Below are positions 38,673-47,593 of a stretch of DNA of 64,000 bases, piece after piece. The stretch comes from Candidatus Woesearchaeota archaeon (GTDB lineage Archaea > Nanobdellota > Nanobdellia > CAYMVK01 > CAYYFB01), in NCBI GenBank assembly GCA_964471255.1, contig CAYYFB010000001.1:110798-174797 (forward strand), read 5' to 3'. Positions within the stretch are counted from its first letter, which is position 1; each line of letters starts with the position of its first letter. A program made the position numbers and the translations under genes. The notes beneath the pieces are model-generated. The model did not search any database, was not told where the DNA came from, and saw nothing but the letters and a program-made list of their open reading frames with translations.

Positions 38673-38931
38673 CCCCCCTTCTGTAGGGATTCGTCTAAGC
38701 AGCGTCCGCCTTGCTCCAGTGGGGGCCCCATCTTTCACCCATTCCCTCTATTTCGTCTGTGGGTTATCTCTAGGGAGTTACCTCCCTATTCTCCACTTCA
38801 TTCTCATCAATAGAGGGTGGTCTTCTTTCTGTAGGGGGCCGACCCTTTCGGGTCCCGCCTTTCGGCGGCCACTTCCTTCGGAGGGGGGGTTTCCTCCGCC
38901 CTTAGGCGGTAGCCCCCTCTGCCCGCTGGAC
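38654..38931 (-). ncRNA. rnpB: RNase P RNA
   Basis: Terminal inverted repeat 38650-38668/38917-38935 (P1). On the minus strand: GAGGAAACCCCCCC (CR-I/P4), ACAGAAAGAAGACC (CR-II), GGGTGAAA (CR-III), GGAGCAAG, TAGACGAAT (CR-IV) and ACAGAAGGGGGGTTA (CR-V/P4). Confidence 0.92.
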
Positions 38932-38953
38932 AAAATTTCTGGACCTTTTGGGT

Positions 38954-39005
38954 AATATAAGCCTTAGGATAAATTATATAAAAAAGATGCTTCTCACTAT
39001 ATAAA
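38954..39005. promoter_or_regulatory. Divergent TATA boxes for rnpB (-) and ileS (+)
   Basis: CTTATATT on the minus strand about 30 nt upstream of the RNA 5' end. TATATAAA at 38998-39005, 26 nt upstream of the ileS ATG (leaderless-type spacing). Confidence 0.5.
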
Positions 39006-39023
39006 TGACCTGTAAAATATAGC

Positions 39024-41852
39024 ATGAGTGTTGCCCTTAAGAGTAAAATAACCAGAGTTGAAGGAAGAAGAAAGTTTTACCTATTACAGGGCCCCCCTTA
39101 TGTAACAGCTAATCTGCATGTAGGTAATGCAAGAAATTACATATACCAAGATATCTTTGCAAGATATCTTATCTTACGCGGTTACGATCTCTTCTTTATT
39201 CCAGGACTAGACTGCCATGGACTACCTATTGAAGTAAAAGTGGAAAGTATGTTGAAATTTAGGTCAAAGAAAGATATTCTAGAATTTGGAGTAGAAAAGT
39301 TTGTTGAAAAATGCAAGGAATGGGCGCTCCAGAATGGAAAAAAAATTATAGAAATTTGTAGAGAGGGGGGATTACTGCATGGCCTTTTTAATGAAAACGA
39401 GTGGTACTGGACTTTGAAAGATGATTACATCGAGAAAGTATGGTGGGCTTTCAAAAAAATTTGGGAAAAGGGATTAGTTTATAAAGGAGCAAGAGTTTAT
39501 CTTTGGTGCCCCCGTTGTGAAACGGTACTCTCTTCTGGATATGAAACCTCTGAATATAAAGATTTATCTGACTGGTCGATTTATGTGAAATTCCCTGTAA
39601 AGGAGGAAAAAAACACCTACCTTTTAGTCTGGACAACAACTCCCTGGACTTTACCAGCAAATGTCGCTGTAGCTGTTCACCCAGAGGAAAAATATGTGAA
39701 AGTTAGATGTGGGGAGGAACATTACGTCATTGCTGAGAAAAGGCTCTGTATTCTAGAAAAATTAGGAAAAAAATATGAAATAGTAGAAAAATTTAAAGGA
39801 GAAGAACTTAAAGACTTAGAATACCTTCCTGTAATAGATACAGAGGAACAAAGAAAAATAAACCACAGAATTATCCTTTCAATACCTCTTCTGAAGGGGT
39901 GGAGAGGGAGGAAAATTGAGGAAAAGAAGAAAGAATTAGAAGTGGAGGAAATTTATGAGCATTTGGTAAATATTGAGGAAGGAACAGGGCTTGTTCATAT
40001 AGCAACAGCACATGGTGAAGAGGACTTTAAGATTGGGGAGTATTATAAGCTTCCCATTCTAAATGTTGTTGACGTAGATGGAAAAATGGTAAATGCTGGG
40101 AAATATAATGGCCTCTATTATAGAGAAGCTAATGAGAGAATTATAGAGGACCTTGAAAATAAAAATTTCATCTTTTACAAAGAAAGAATAGTTCATAGAT
40201 ATCCAATTTGTTGGAGATGTAAGACACCACTAATTTTTAGACTATCTGAACAATGGTTTGTTGCTATAGAAAAAATCAAAGACAAATTAGTAAAATATGC
40301 GGGAAGAATAAAATTTTACCCCGAATACCGAAAAGAACAATTTATAAATTGGCTGCTTGATGCAAAAGATTGGGTTATTTCACGACAGAGATTTTGGGGA
40401 ATACCTATTCCCATCTGGATTTGCAATAAGTGTGGAAAAGCTATAGCAATAGGATCCAAAGAAGAATTAGAAAAACTTTCTGGCACAAAAGTTAAAGAGT
40501 TGCATATTCCTTGGGTAAACGTTAAAATAAAGTGTGATTGCGGAGGAACAATGGAAAGAATACCTGATGTATTTGATGTTTGGATGGACTCAGCCTGTGC
40601 TCCATTTGCGGCGGTACCTGCTGATGTATGGGAAAAAATAAAGTTTGTTGACTGGATTTGTGAGGCTCAGGACCAAATTAGAGGCTGGTTTTATTCAATG
40701 CACGTAGTAGGTTCCATAGTATTTGACAGAAATGTCTACGAGAGTGTCTTAGTAGGCGGTTGGGTATTAGACTGGGCAGGAAGAAAAATGAGCAAATCCT
40801 TAGGAAATGTGATCTATTGGAAAGATGCTATAAATAAAATTGGAAAAGAGGCCATAAGATTCTATGTAGCTTATTCTTCCCCTCCATCCCAGCAAATGAA
40901 TTTCAACCTAGAAGAAGGGAAAAAGGTATTCACACAATTTTCAAATGTTTATAGAAATGTAGTTAGATTCTATGTTGATTACTCCAGAAGGGAGTCTTCA
41001 TTAAGAACAGAAAAGCGTCTATTAGAAGACTCCATCATAGAGAACCTTTTTGAGAAACTGAAAAAGGAAATAACAGAATATCTAGAAAATTGTGAATTTG
41101 ATAAATACGCTAGGAGATTGAGGGATTTTATACTCGAAGATTTGAGCAGATTTTATATCAAGGTAATTAGAGAGAGAATAAAGAAAGGAGACATATCGCC
41201 CCTGAAAATTTTGGGAAATATTCTAAAAGAGCTGGTAATTTTAACTTATCCTCTTTGTCCAGAGCTAAGTGATGAATTATCATCCAAGCTCGAAATTGGA
41301 AACATAATTGAAAAAGAATGGCCTTCCTATAAGAGGTTCGATGGTTCTATAATAGAAGCATATGAAAAAATAAAAGAAATTTCTTCAGCCATTCTATCTG
41401 CAAGGGAAAAACTAGGAATACGCTGGAGATGGCCACTAAAAGAAGTGAGTTTTGATGAGAAGATACAAAAAGAAATAGGAGAACAAGGAATGGAATTAAT
41501 ATGCAGATTCTGTAATATTGAAAAATTTTCAATAGGAGTTAATGATGGGTATTTAAGGGTAGAAACATCATTCGGGTGTGTATATGTTTCTAAAGAGTTT
41601 AGTAAAGAACTAGCCATTATATCTGAGTTCTGTAGAGGGGTTCAATCCCTTAGAAAAGAGCTATCTCTGAAGGTATTTGAAAAAGCTAATCTAATAGTAG
41701 AATGTGATGATGAATTTTATTCTTTAATTAAGAAATACGACACATACATAAAGGAAAGATGCAATCTCCAAGAAATTAAGAGAGGCTCAGGGAAAAAAAG
41801 GCTTAAATTGCCCTTAATAGAGAAGGAAATAGGAATATGGATAGAGAAATAA
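39024..41852 (+). CDS. ileS: Isoleucyl-tRNA synthetase
   Basis: GPPY..HVGN (HIGH), DCHGLPIE, WTTTPWTLPAN, DWVISRQRFWG, DQIRGWFYS and KMSKS motifs. Confidence 0.95.
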   Translation: MSVALKSKITRVEGRRKFYLLQGPPYVTANLHVGNARNYIYQDIFARYLILRGYDLFFIPGLDCHGLPIEVKVESMLKFRSKKDILEFGVEKFVEKCKEWALQNGKKIIEICREGGLLHGLFNENEWYWTLKDDYIEKVWWAFKKIWEKGLVYKGARVYLWCPRCETVLSSGYETSEYKDLSDWSIYVKFPVKEEKNTYLLVWTTTPWTLPANVAVAVHPEEKYVKVRCGEEHYVIAEKRLCILEKLGKKYEIVEKFKGEELKDLEYLPVIDTEEQRKINHRIILSIPLLKGWRGRKIEEKKKELEVEEIYEHLVNIEEGTGLVHIATAHGEEDFKIGEYYKLPILNVVDVDGKMVNAGKYNGLYYREANERIIEDLENKNFIFYKERIVHRYPICWRCKTPLIFRLSEQWFVAIEKIKDKLVKYAGRIKFYPEYRKEQFINWLLDAKDWVISRQRFWGIPIPIWICNKCGKAIAIGSKEELEKLSGTKVKELHIPWVNVKIKCDCGGTMERIPDVFDVWMDSACAPFAAVPADVWEKIKFVDWICEAQDQIRGWFYSMHVVGSIVFDRNVYESVLVGGWVLDWAGRKMSKSLGNVIYWKDAINKIGKEAIRFYVAYSSPPSQQMNFNLEEGKKVFTQFSNVYRNVVRFYVDYSRRESSLRTEKRLLEDSIIENLFEKLKKEITEYLENCEFDKYARRLRDFILEDLSRFYIKVIRERIKKGDISPLKILGNILKELVILTYPLCPELSDELSSKLEIGNIIEKEWPSYKRFDGSIIEAYEKIKEISSAILSAREKLGIRWRWPLKEVSFDEKIQKEIGEQGMELICRFCNIEKFSIGVNDGYLRVETSFGCVYVSKEFSKELAIISEFCRGVQSLRKELSLKVFEKANLIVECDDEFYSLIKKYDTYIKERCNLQEIKRGSGKKRLKLPLIEKEIGIWIEK

Positions 41853-42271
41853 CTGAAAACTATATCACTTTCATTTCTCTTTTCCCTTTCTTCTTATCAG
41901 TAGGATCTTTTCTCTCTGCTATTTTCTATTATATATCTAACTCTCAAGAGCTTGTTGCTTTACTTGGAGCTTATAGTCTTATTTGTATTTTCTTTGCTTT
42001 TATAAACTGTATGAATATTTCCTATGCTTTAAGGGTCCTCTTTAATAAAAAAAGAAACTTCTGGAAGGATTTTGTTCTGATACTAATTTCTTTAGGCTTA
42101 TACATACCCTTCTACCTTCTAGCGCTTTCCGAAATAATAGGAAAAATAAGGAAGCTTTTGGTATACTTTTCCTTTTTCTTCCCCTTTCCCTGCTTTTTTC
42201 TCTGGTGTTATTTCTTTTATAGAACACATGGGATATCACAAGTAAGCACTCATAAGCCCTTCAGCCAATAA
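41837..42271 (+). CDS. Membrane protein, unknown function
   Basis: Four hydrophobic segments. Confidence 0.55.
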   Translation: MDREITENYITFISLFPFFLSVGSFLSAIFYYISNSQELVALLGAYSLICIFFAFINCMNISYALRVLFNKKRNFWKDFVLILISLGLYIPFYLLALSEIIGKIRKLLVYFSFFFPFPCFFLWCYFFYRTHGISQVSTHKPFSQ

Positions 42272-42278
42272 TAAAATT

Positions 42279-42785
42279 ATGAGACTCTTCAAGGTATTTA
42301 CTAACCCTGGAAAAGTTTTTGATGAAGTCAAAAAGGAAAGAATTTCAGTAACAATTTTTAACTATGCTTTTGGAATTTTTGTATTAACTTCTCTGCTTGC
42401 AATTGGTGTATTTTTGTCTAAAGGGGTAATTATTAAGGCTTTTGTATATTATGTTCTTCTGTTTACATTCTCATTGTTATTGCCGGCTCTTTCTCTCATC
42501 CTATCTGCACTTATCTACCTTTTCAGTGGGGAATACTCCCTTGAGAAGGGCCTTAAAACCGTTATTTATTCATTTGCTCCTTTCTACTTGTTAGGATGGT
42601 GCATTTTTTTAAGTAAGTTTTGTTCAAGCGTTTTCTATTCGATAATATTTACTTGGACTTTTATTCTTACTGTGATAGGTATTGAAAAAATATTTGGGAT
42701 TGGAAGATACGAATCTGCGGTATGCACGACGGTGTTTTATCACATTATAATGATAGTTGTATTGATTTCATTCTTAAGCGTTTAA
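42279..42785 (+). CDS. YIP1 family membrane protein
   Basis: FTNPGKVFDEVKKE N-terminus, about 5 TMs, YSFAPF and GIEKIFGI. Confidence 0.75.
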   Translation: MRLFKVFTNPGKVFDEVKKERISVTIFNYAFGIFVLTSLLAIGVFLSKGVIIKAFVYYVLLFTFSLLLPALSLILSALIYLFSGEYSLEKGLKTVIYSFAPFYLLGWCIFLSKFCSSVFYSIIFTWTFILTVIGIEKIFGIGRYESAVCTTVFYHIIMIVVLISFLSV

Positions 42786-43366
42786 AAAGAGCTTACCCCA
42801 GCATTAAATTCCTTGCAAAGGGGTGGCGGTCTTGGGTATTTGAAGTTAACGGGAAAGTTATAAAGGTCTGCAAAAGAAAGGATGTGTTTAATCGGGAATT
42901 AAAAAATTTAATAACTCTCCAAAGATTTCCTTTTGTCCCAAAGATTTACGGTTACATTAAAAGCATGAATGCTATTATAATGGAAAAAATTAAGGGAGAA
43001 TCTTTAGAAAACTTCTTATTGAAAGAGAAGGACCAAAAAAGAATAAGGATGGTAGTTAGAGAATGCCTCTTAATATCACTTTGTTTGGATTGGATAAATT
43101 TTTTCTCTCCAGAATTTAATAAACCCTACAAACACCTTATTGTCACAAAAAAAGGTGTGAAACTGATAGATTTTGAGCGTTTTCGCAAGAGCAGGAGATC
43201 AAATTTTACTCAGCTTATCTCTTACTTTTTTTTTAATAAAAAAATTTCTTCTGTAATAAAAAAAGCCTTTTCTATTAAAAGAGACATTAAAAGAGAGTTG
43301 CTCCTGTTTTGCAAGGAATACAAAAGAAAAAGGGAAAGTAATGTTATTTCTTCCTTTTTATTTTAA
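42722..43366 (+). CDS. Atypical Ser/Thr kinase-fold protein (RIO/Bud32-like)
   Basis: LAKGWRSWVF..VIKV, FVPKIY, IIMEKIKG and LIDFE motifs. The start is uncertain. Confidence 0.75.
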   Translation: MHDGVLSHYNDSCIDFILKRLKRAYPSIKFLAKGWRSWVFEVNGKVIKVCKRKDVFNRELKNLITLQRFPFVPKIYGYIKSMNAIIMEKIKGESLENFLLKEKDQKRIRMVVRECLLISLCLDWINFFSPEFNKPYKHLIVTKKGVKLIDFERFRKSRRSNFTQLISYFFFNKKISSVIKKAFSIKRDIKRELLLFCKEYKRKRESNVISSFLF

Positions 43367-43814
43367 TTATAACCATATCTCCAAGCGTTCTTTTATGTTC
43401 ATTTTCTTCTCCTTTTTTTATATTAGATATTTCTCCTTTCTCTTCAATTGTCATTACTAACGATTCCCCAACTATTTTTTCCAATTTCTTTGCTGTAGGG
43501 ATATCTATTTCTATGTCCCCTCGTGATATTTTTCTAAGAAGGGTTTCTTTTATTCCCCATTTTGAAGCAATATCTTTCATTTTTAATCCTTTTTTAAGTT
43601 CCTTTTCTAAACACCTTCTCACGGCAACATACCAGCGTGGTTTTAAGACAAGCTCTTCTTTTTCTTCTTTACTCTTTCTTATTTCAGTTTTCTTTTTTAT
43701 CTCTGGGATGATCTTGCCCAATTTTGCACACTCTTCGCAGACCTCTAACAGTACTCCTTCAATGTACACTTTTCTTAGCTTGTCAGTCTCTTTCCCGCAG
43801 ATTTCGCAAATCAA
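43344..43814 (-). CDS. mbf1: Archaeal multiprotein bridging factor aMBF1
   Basis: CEICG..IEG..VCEECAKLG Zn ribbon, HTH and TLGD tail. Confidence 0.9.
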   Translation of the reverse strand: MICEICGKETDKLRKVYIEGVLLEVCEECAKLGKIIPEIKKKTEIRKSKEEKEELVLKPRWYVAVRRCLEKELKKGLKMKDIASKWGIKETLLRKISRGDIEIDIPTAKKLEKIVGESLVMTIEEKGEISNIKKGEENEHKRTLGDMVIIKIKRKK

Positions 43815-44071
43815 ATAAGGTCCTCCTCAGAGATAATAACAAAATCTCCAATTGAAATTACAGAGTAAAAAGGTATCAGAATATCCCCATTTTCATCTCT
43901 TTCTAACTCCAAGCTTTTAGCGTATTTAGAAGCCTCTCCCACTACTAAATATACTATTTCCCCACTTTTTGGATCAAAAAGCAAATCTTGTACAGTCCCA
44001 AAATATTTCCCTGTCTTACTTACTATTTTCTTTCCTTTAAGTTCGTTTCCTGTTATCCTTCCCTCTTCCAT
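43811..44071 (-). CDS. PRC-barrel domain protein (CdpB-like)
   Basis: LKGKKIVSKTGKYFGTVQDLLFDPKSGEI..IPFYSVISIGDFVII. Confidence 0.85.
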   Translation of the reverse strand: MEEGRITGNELKGKKIVSKTGKYFGTVQDLLFDPKSGEIVYLVVGEASKYAKSLELERDENGDILIPFYSVISIGDFVIISEEDLI

Positions 44072-44085
44072 GATGGTCCCATCAG

Positions 44086-44739
44086 CTAGTATACCAATAA
44101 TATTATACAAGTCATGAGATTTAAAAAAACTAACCACACACTGATGCAGGAAGCCTCAAACAGGAGGGAGCCAAAAGCCATCGCTAGCATTATAATCCAA
44201 ACAATTGGTTTATTAAGAAAAAGATAACTCCCTTCAAATGAGAAAAAGGGGATGAGCTGAAAGAATGAAAAGAGGAGCAAAACAGGATACATTTCTTTCC
44301 ACAAAAAGTAAAAAAGAAAAAGAAGGGAGAAAGATAATAGCAAAACAAATACCACAACCTTGCCTCTTTCCTTTTCCACTTTCAGCTTGTCCTTTCCTTT
44401 TTGGAAACCAATTCTAACATAGAGTCTCCCACCTATCGGAATTTTTATTTGTCCGTTAGAAAGCCAAGCTATCAGAGCCAGGATAATAGGAAGAGCTCCC
44501 TTTATTTTTGATATACCTCCCCTCCCTTTGAGAGAGAGGGGAATATAATCTACTTCATCCCAAAAACAAGCCCAAGCATAGAAATTTGCTAAGGTTATTC
44601 TAAAAAGCAGAAAAGAGAAGAAAAATAAAAATATTTGTAGGTATTTTGTGATATTTATTGCAAAATTTTCTATAGAAAAAATAAAGGCTAAAATAAAAGA
44701 TGCTAAAAGTTGATTGGTAATTACTTTTCTCTTTAACAT
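44086..44739 (-). CDS. Membrane protein, unknown function
   Basis: Multiple TM segments and FFQLIPFFSFEG. Confidence 0.55.
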   Translation of the reverse strand: MLKRKVITNQLLASFILAFIFSIENFAINITKYLQIFLFFFSFLLFRITLANFYAWACFWDEVDYIPLSLKGRGGISKIKGALPIILALIAWLSNGQIKIPIGGRLYVRIGFQKGKDKLKVEKERGKVVVFVLLLSFSLLFLFYFLWKEMYPVLLLFSFFQLIPFFSFEGSYLFLNKPIVWIIMLAMAFGSLLFEASCISVWLVFLNLMTCIILLVY

Positions 44740-45395
44740 ACTTCATTCATAATTTCTACACTTTTCAAGTAACATTTATTCTCCCTCATTATCAAATATC
44801 CACAAACTTTTAGATATTCAGTTAAGCAGCGCTCTTGGGAGTAGAATACGATACAGTTCTTCCCACATAATAGATATTTATACCATATTTCTCCACCTAT
44901 TCTTTTTGTAGAAACCTTTAATAATTTTCCTTCTATACAAACAAGGCTTTTGTTCAACTCAGGATGAAGAAATACCTCATCTACCCAAAGAAAGCTTTTT
45001 TTCAGGAAAAAAATAGAAATTGACACTAACATCACAGAGATGAAAAGGTATTTGTTATTAAAAGACAACTCCAATCTTTGCGAAAGAAGAAGCAAAATAA
45101 CAGCTATTAGAAGATGAACGTGTACTATAAAAGTTTTCGAGAAGTAATAAAACGGTGCACAACAATTTTCAGGGAAGGTGGCGAGGAAAAAATTCACAAA
45201 GAGATAAAAAAGATTAAATAATGTATCGTTGTCTCTAGTAACCACTCCTACTATGAGAGAAAATGGGAGGAAATACAGAAGGTACTTTCTGGGCAACAAG
45301 AGAAATAAAAAGGATATCAAAAAAAGAACCTCAGGGTCTTTTTTAAAGCATTTTTTACAAAAGATATAGAAGGATATAACAGAGAGTACTCTCAT
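44733..45395 (-). CDS. Membrane protein with C-terminal OB-fold-like domain
   Basis: Hydrophobic N-terminal two-thirds, then VCIEGKL..LKVCGYL. Confidence 0.55.
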   Translation of the reverse strand: MRVLSVISFYIFCKKCFKKDPEVLFLISFLFLLLPRKYLLYFLPFSLIVGVVTRDNDTLFNLFYLFVNFFLATFPENCCAPFYYFSKTFIVHVHLLIAVILLLLSQRLELSFNNKYLFISVMLVSISIFFLKKSFLWVDEVFLHPELNKSLVCIEGKLLKVSTKRIGGEIWYKYLLCGKNCIVFYSQERCLTEYLKVCGYLIMRENKCYLKSVEIMNEVC

Positions 45396-45855
45396 GAAAA
45401 AATTTGTTATCGATACTTCTTACCTGCTCCGCATGAAAAAACATTTGAATGGGGAAATTTATTTGCCGCCTGAAGTTCTGGAAGAAATAAAGAGCACTCC
45501 AGCTAAGTTAAAGTTATCTTCAATTGATTATTCTATAAAAAAACCTTCAATTCAATATGTAAAGAAAATAAAAGAGACTTCAACAAAACTAGGAGCTATA
45601 CTTTCAAAAGCTGATATTGCTGCCTTGGCTCTTGCCCTTGAGCTGAATGCTGTCCTTCTTACTAATGACTTTACAATGCAAAATATTGCGAAATTTCTTG
45701 GGATAAAATATACAGGTAACAAAACAATAAAGAAAATTATTCGCTGGGTTTTCATCTGCCCTATATGTGGAAAAGAATACCACTCACCTGGGGAATGTGA
45801 AAGGTGTGGGGTCAAGTTGGAGCGCAGAGTAAGCCACCATAAAAATCAAAAATGA
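45394..45855 (+). CDS. nob1: NOB1 rRNA-processing endonuclease (PIN + Zn ribbon)
   Basis: FVIDTS, VLEEIK, LSKADIAALALALEL, TNDFTMQN and CPICG..CERCG motifs. Confidence 0.9.
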   Translation: MKKFVIDTSYLLRMKKHLNGEIYLPPEVLEEIKSTPAKLKLSSIDYSIKKPSIQYVKKIKETSTKLGAILSKADIAALALALELNAVLLTNDFTMQNIAKFLGIKYTGNKTIKKIIRWVFICPICGKEYHSPGECERCGVKLERRVSHHKNQK

Positions 45856-45864
45856 ATACTAAAT

Positions 45865-46137
45865 GTGGGACTAGAAGTAACTCGAATTAAATTACTAGAC
45901 TGCATAAAAATAAGGGCGGCACATAAGAGATTTGATGTGGGAGTTATGGTTGTCCTTAAAGATGACAAAGTAGAGGATGTTAGGATACTTGGAATTTGTA
46001 TTTTTCCTGGTATACCTACAAATACTAGAGAACCCAGAAATGAAGAAGAAAAAAGGGCTCTTGATATGTTGGCAAAAATAAGAAAAAAGGAAAAAATACT
46101 TTCTTTACTAGGAAAGGAAATAACTTTAAAAGACTAG
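45865..46137 (+). CDS. Hypothetical protein
   Basis: 90-aa ORF filling the gap between nob1 and pyrH. Confidence 0.5.
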   Translation: MGLEVTRIKLLDCIKIRAAHKRFDVGVMVVLKDDKVEDVRILGICIFPGIPTNTREPRNEEEKRALDMLAKIRKKEKILSLLGKEITLKD

Positions 46138-46809
46138 GGTCCCATTAAAGGAGGCAGATTTAAGGATATTTTTTATCTGAGCAAAGTTTTCCCTACCAAT
46201 TACATAGAATTTAATACCATATTTTCGGGCCAATTTTAGGGCAGTAGGAGAAATTGGGAAAGACACTCCAGGCTCGCTGAATTTGATCATCCCCAGGAGT
46301 CTTTCTATTCTTATTTTTTTGAAAGGCTTAGCATCCGGATATTTCTTTGGATCTTTATCAAATATGCCCTCCACATCAGTTACTTTTATTATACCACTTA
46401 CCCTCATTTTCCTTGCCAAAAGAACAGCGTCCCAGTCGGTAGTGTGTCCAGGTTTGCTCCCACAAAAAACTACAATCGGATATTTCTTTTTTGGAAAGTT
46501 TTCAAAACATGTGTAAATCTTAGGAGGTTTTGGTGGAGGGAGGAGCGAGAGAAAAATTAAGGCGTTAAGACGAGTATACATTACACCTATTCTATCCAGT
46601 TCTTCCTTTTTTACACCCTCTTTGTTTAACACCCTCATTATTCTTTTTATGTACTTGCCTCCACCTGTAACAACGAAGAAAGTATAATTTACGGATAGCC
46701 TTAATAGAGTCTGTATCATCTGCTTCACTAAGTTAATATTATACCTTCCGGTCTCGGAGACAAAAACAGAGCCCCCTATTCGTATGACAACATTTTGATG
46801 CTTTCTCAT
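46126..46809 (-). CDS. pyrH: UMP kinase
   Basis: IRIGGS, VTGGG, TRLNA, PGHTTDWDA and TDVEGIFDKDPK motifs. Confidence 0.88.
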   Translation of the reverse strand: MRKHQNVVIRIGGSVFVSETGRYNINLVKQMIQTLLRLSVNYTFFVVTGGGKYIKRIMRVLNKEGVKKEELDRIGVMYTRLNALIFLSLLPPPKPPKIYTCFENFPKKKYPIVVFCGSKPGHTTDWDAVLLARKMRVSGIIKVTDVEGIFDKDPKKYPDAKPFKKIRIERLLGMIKFSEPGVSFPISPTALKLARKYGIKFYVIGRENFAQIKNILKSASFNGTLVF

Positions 46810-47546
46810 TTAAATACTCTAGAAATTTTCCCAAGAAATCCTTCCTTCAGAAAGTTTTTATCTATTCCCACTAACTTACCTGCTATTTTCCTTAGTTCAA
46901 TAGCAGCTGGTGCTGTGTTGTCATAGATAAGGAGAGGTATTCCCAGATTAAGAGCCTCCTTAACTGCTGGGTCTTCCACAATTTCGCCTAAGATCCTTGT
47001 TTTAAGTATTCTCAAAATTTTGCTTTTTGAGATCTCATAATCTTTTCTTTCAACTCTATTTATGACGATTCCAGGCACGATTTTACCCATTTTTTCTAAC
47101 TTTCGAAGTAATCTTGAAGCGTCTAGGACAGAAAAAAGAGAGGGAGTAAGTATCGGGATTACTTCGTCGCATGATTCTAGAATAGTTAAAGTATCCTCAC
47201 CCAAACCTGCCGGAGTATCAACAATAGTAATTTCTCCCAACTTCCTTAGCAGATGAATTGATTTAGCAACATCTTGGGAGGAAACTTTCTTTTTAAGCGA
47301 CATAGGCAAAAATTTAAATCCATACTTATGAGTTATTAGATATCTTCTTCTTATCTTGCTTAAGAAAGATGAAATGTCCGTCTTAAACTTCGGACCAAGA
47401 AGAATAGTGAGATGGGGGGAATATATGTTGCCATCCACTAAAATTACCCTCCTATTATAGTCCCCGGCCAGAGAAATTGCCAAATTAAGTGCAACTGTCG
47501 TTTTTCCTACCCCTCCCTTTCCCGAGGATATAGCTATTACTCTCAT
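46806..47546 (-). CDS. minD: MinD-family ATPase
   Basis: SGKGGVGKTT, IVDTPAGLG, GIVINRV and EDPAVKEA motifs. Confidence 0.85.
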   Translation of the reverse strand: MRVIAISSGKGGVGKTTVALNLAISLAGDYNRRVILVDGNIYSPHLTILLGPKFKTDISSFLSKIRRRYLITHKYGFKFLPMSLKKKVSSQDVAKSIHLLRKLGEITIVDTPAGLGEDTLTILESCDEVIPILTPSLFSVLDASRLLRKLEKMGKIVPGIVINRVERKDYEISKSKILRILKTRILGEIVEDPAVKEALNLGIPLLIYDNTAPAAIELRKIAGKLVGIDKNFLKEGFLGKISRVFK

Positions 47547-47593
47547 ACTTTTTTGGTATTTACTACTCCTAAAGGATTTCTCTTTAATAAAGC

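Noticed and set aside
38420..39025. ORFs 38420-38731, 38719-38955 and 38807-39025
   Set aside because: By-products of the GC-rich RNase P RNA and of the mre11 antisense strand.
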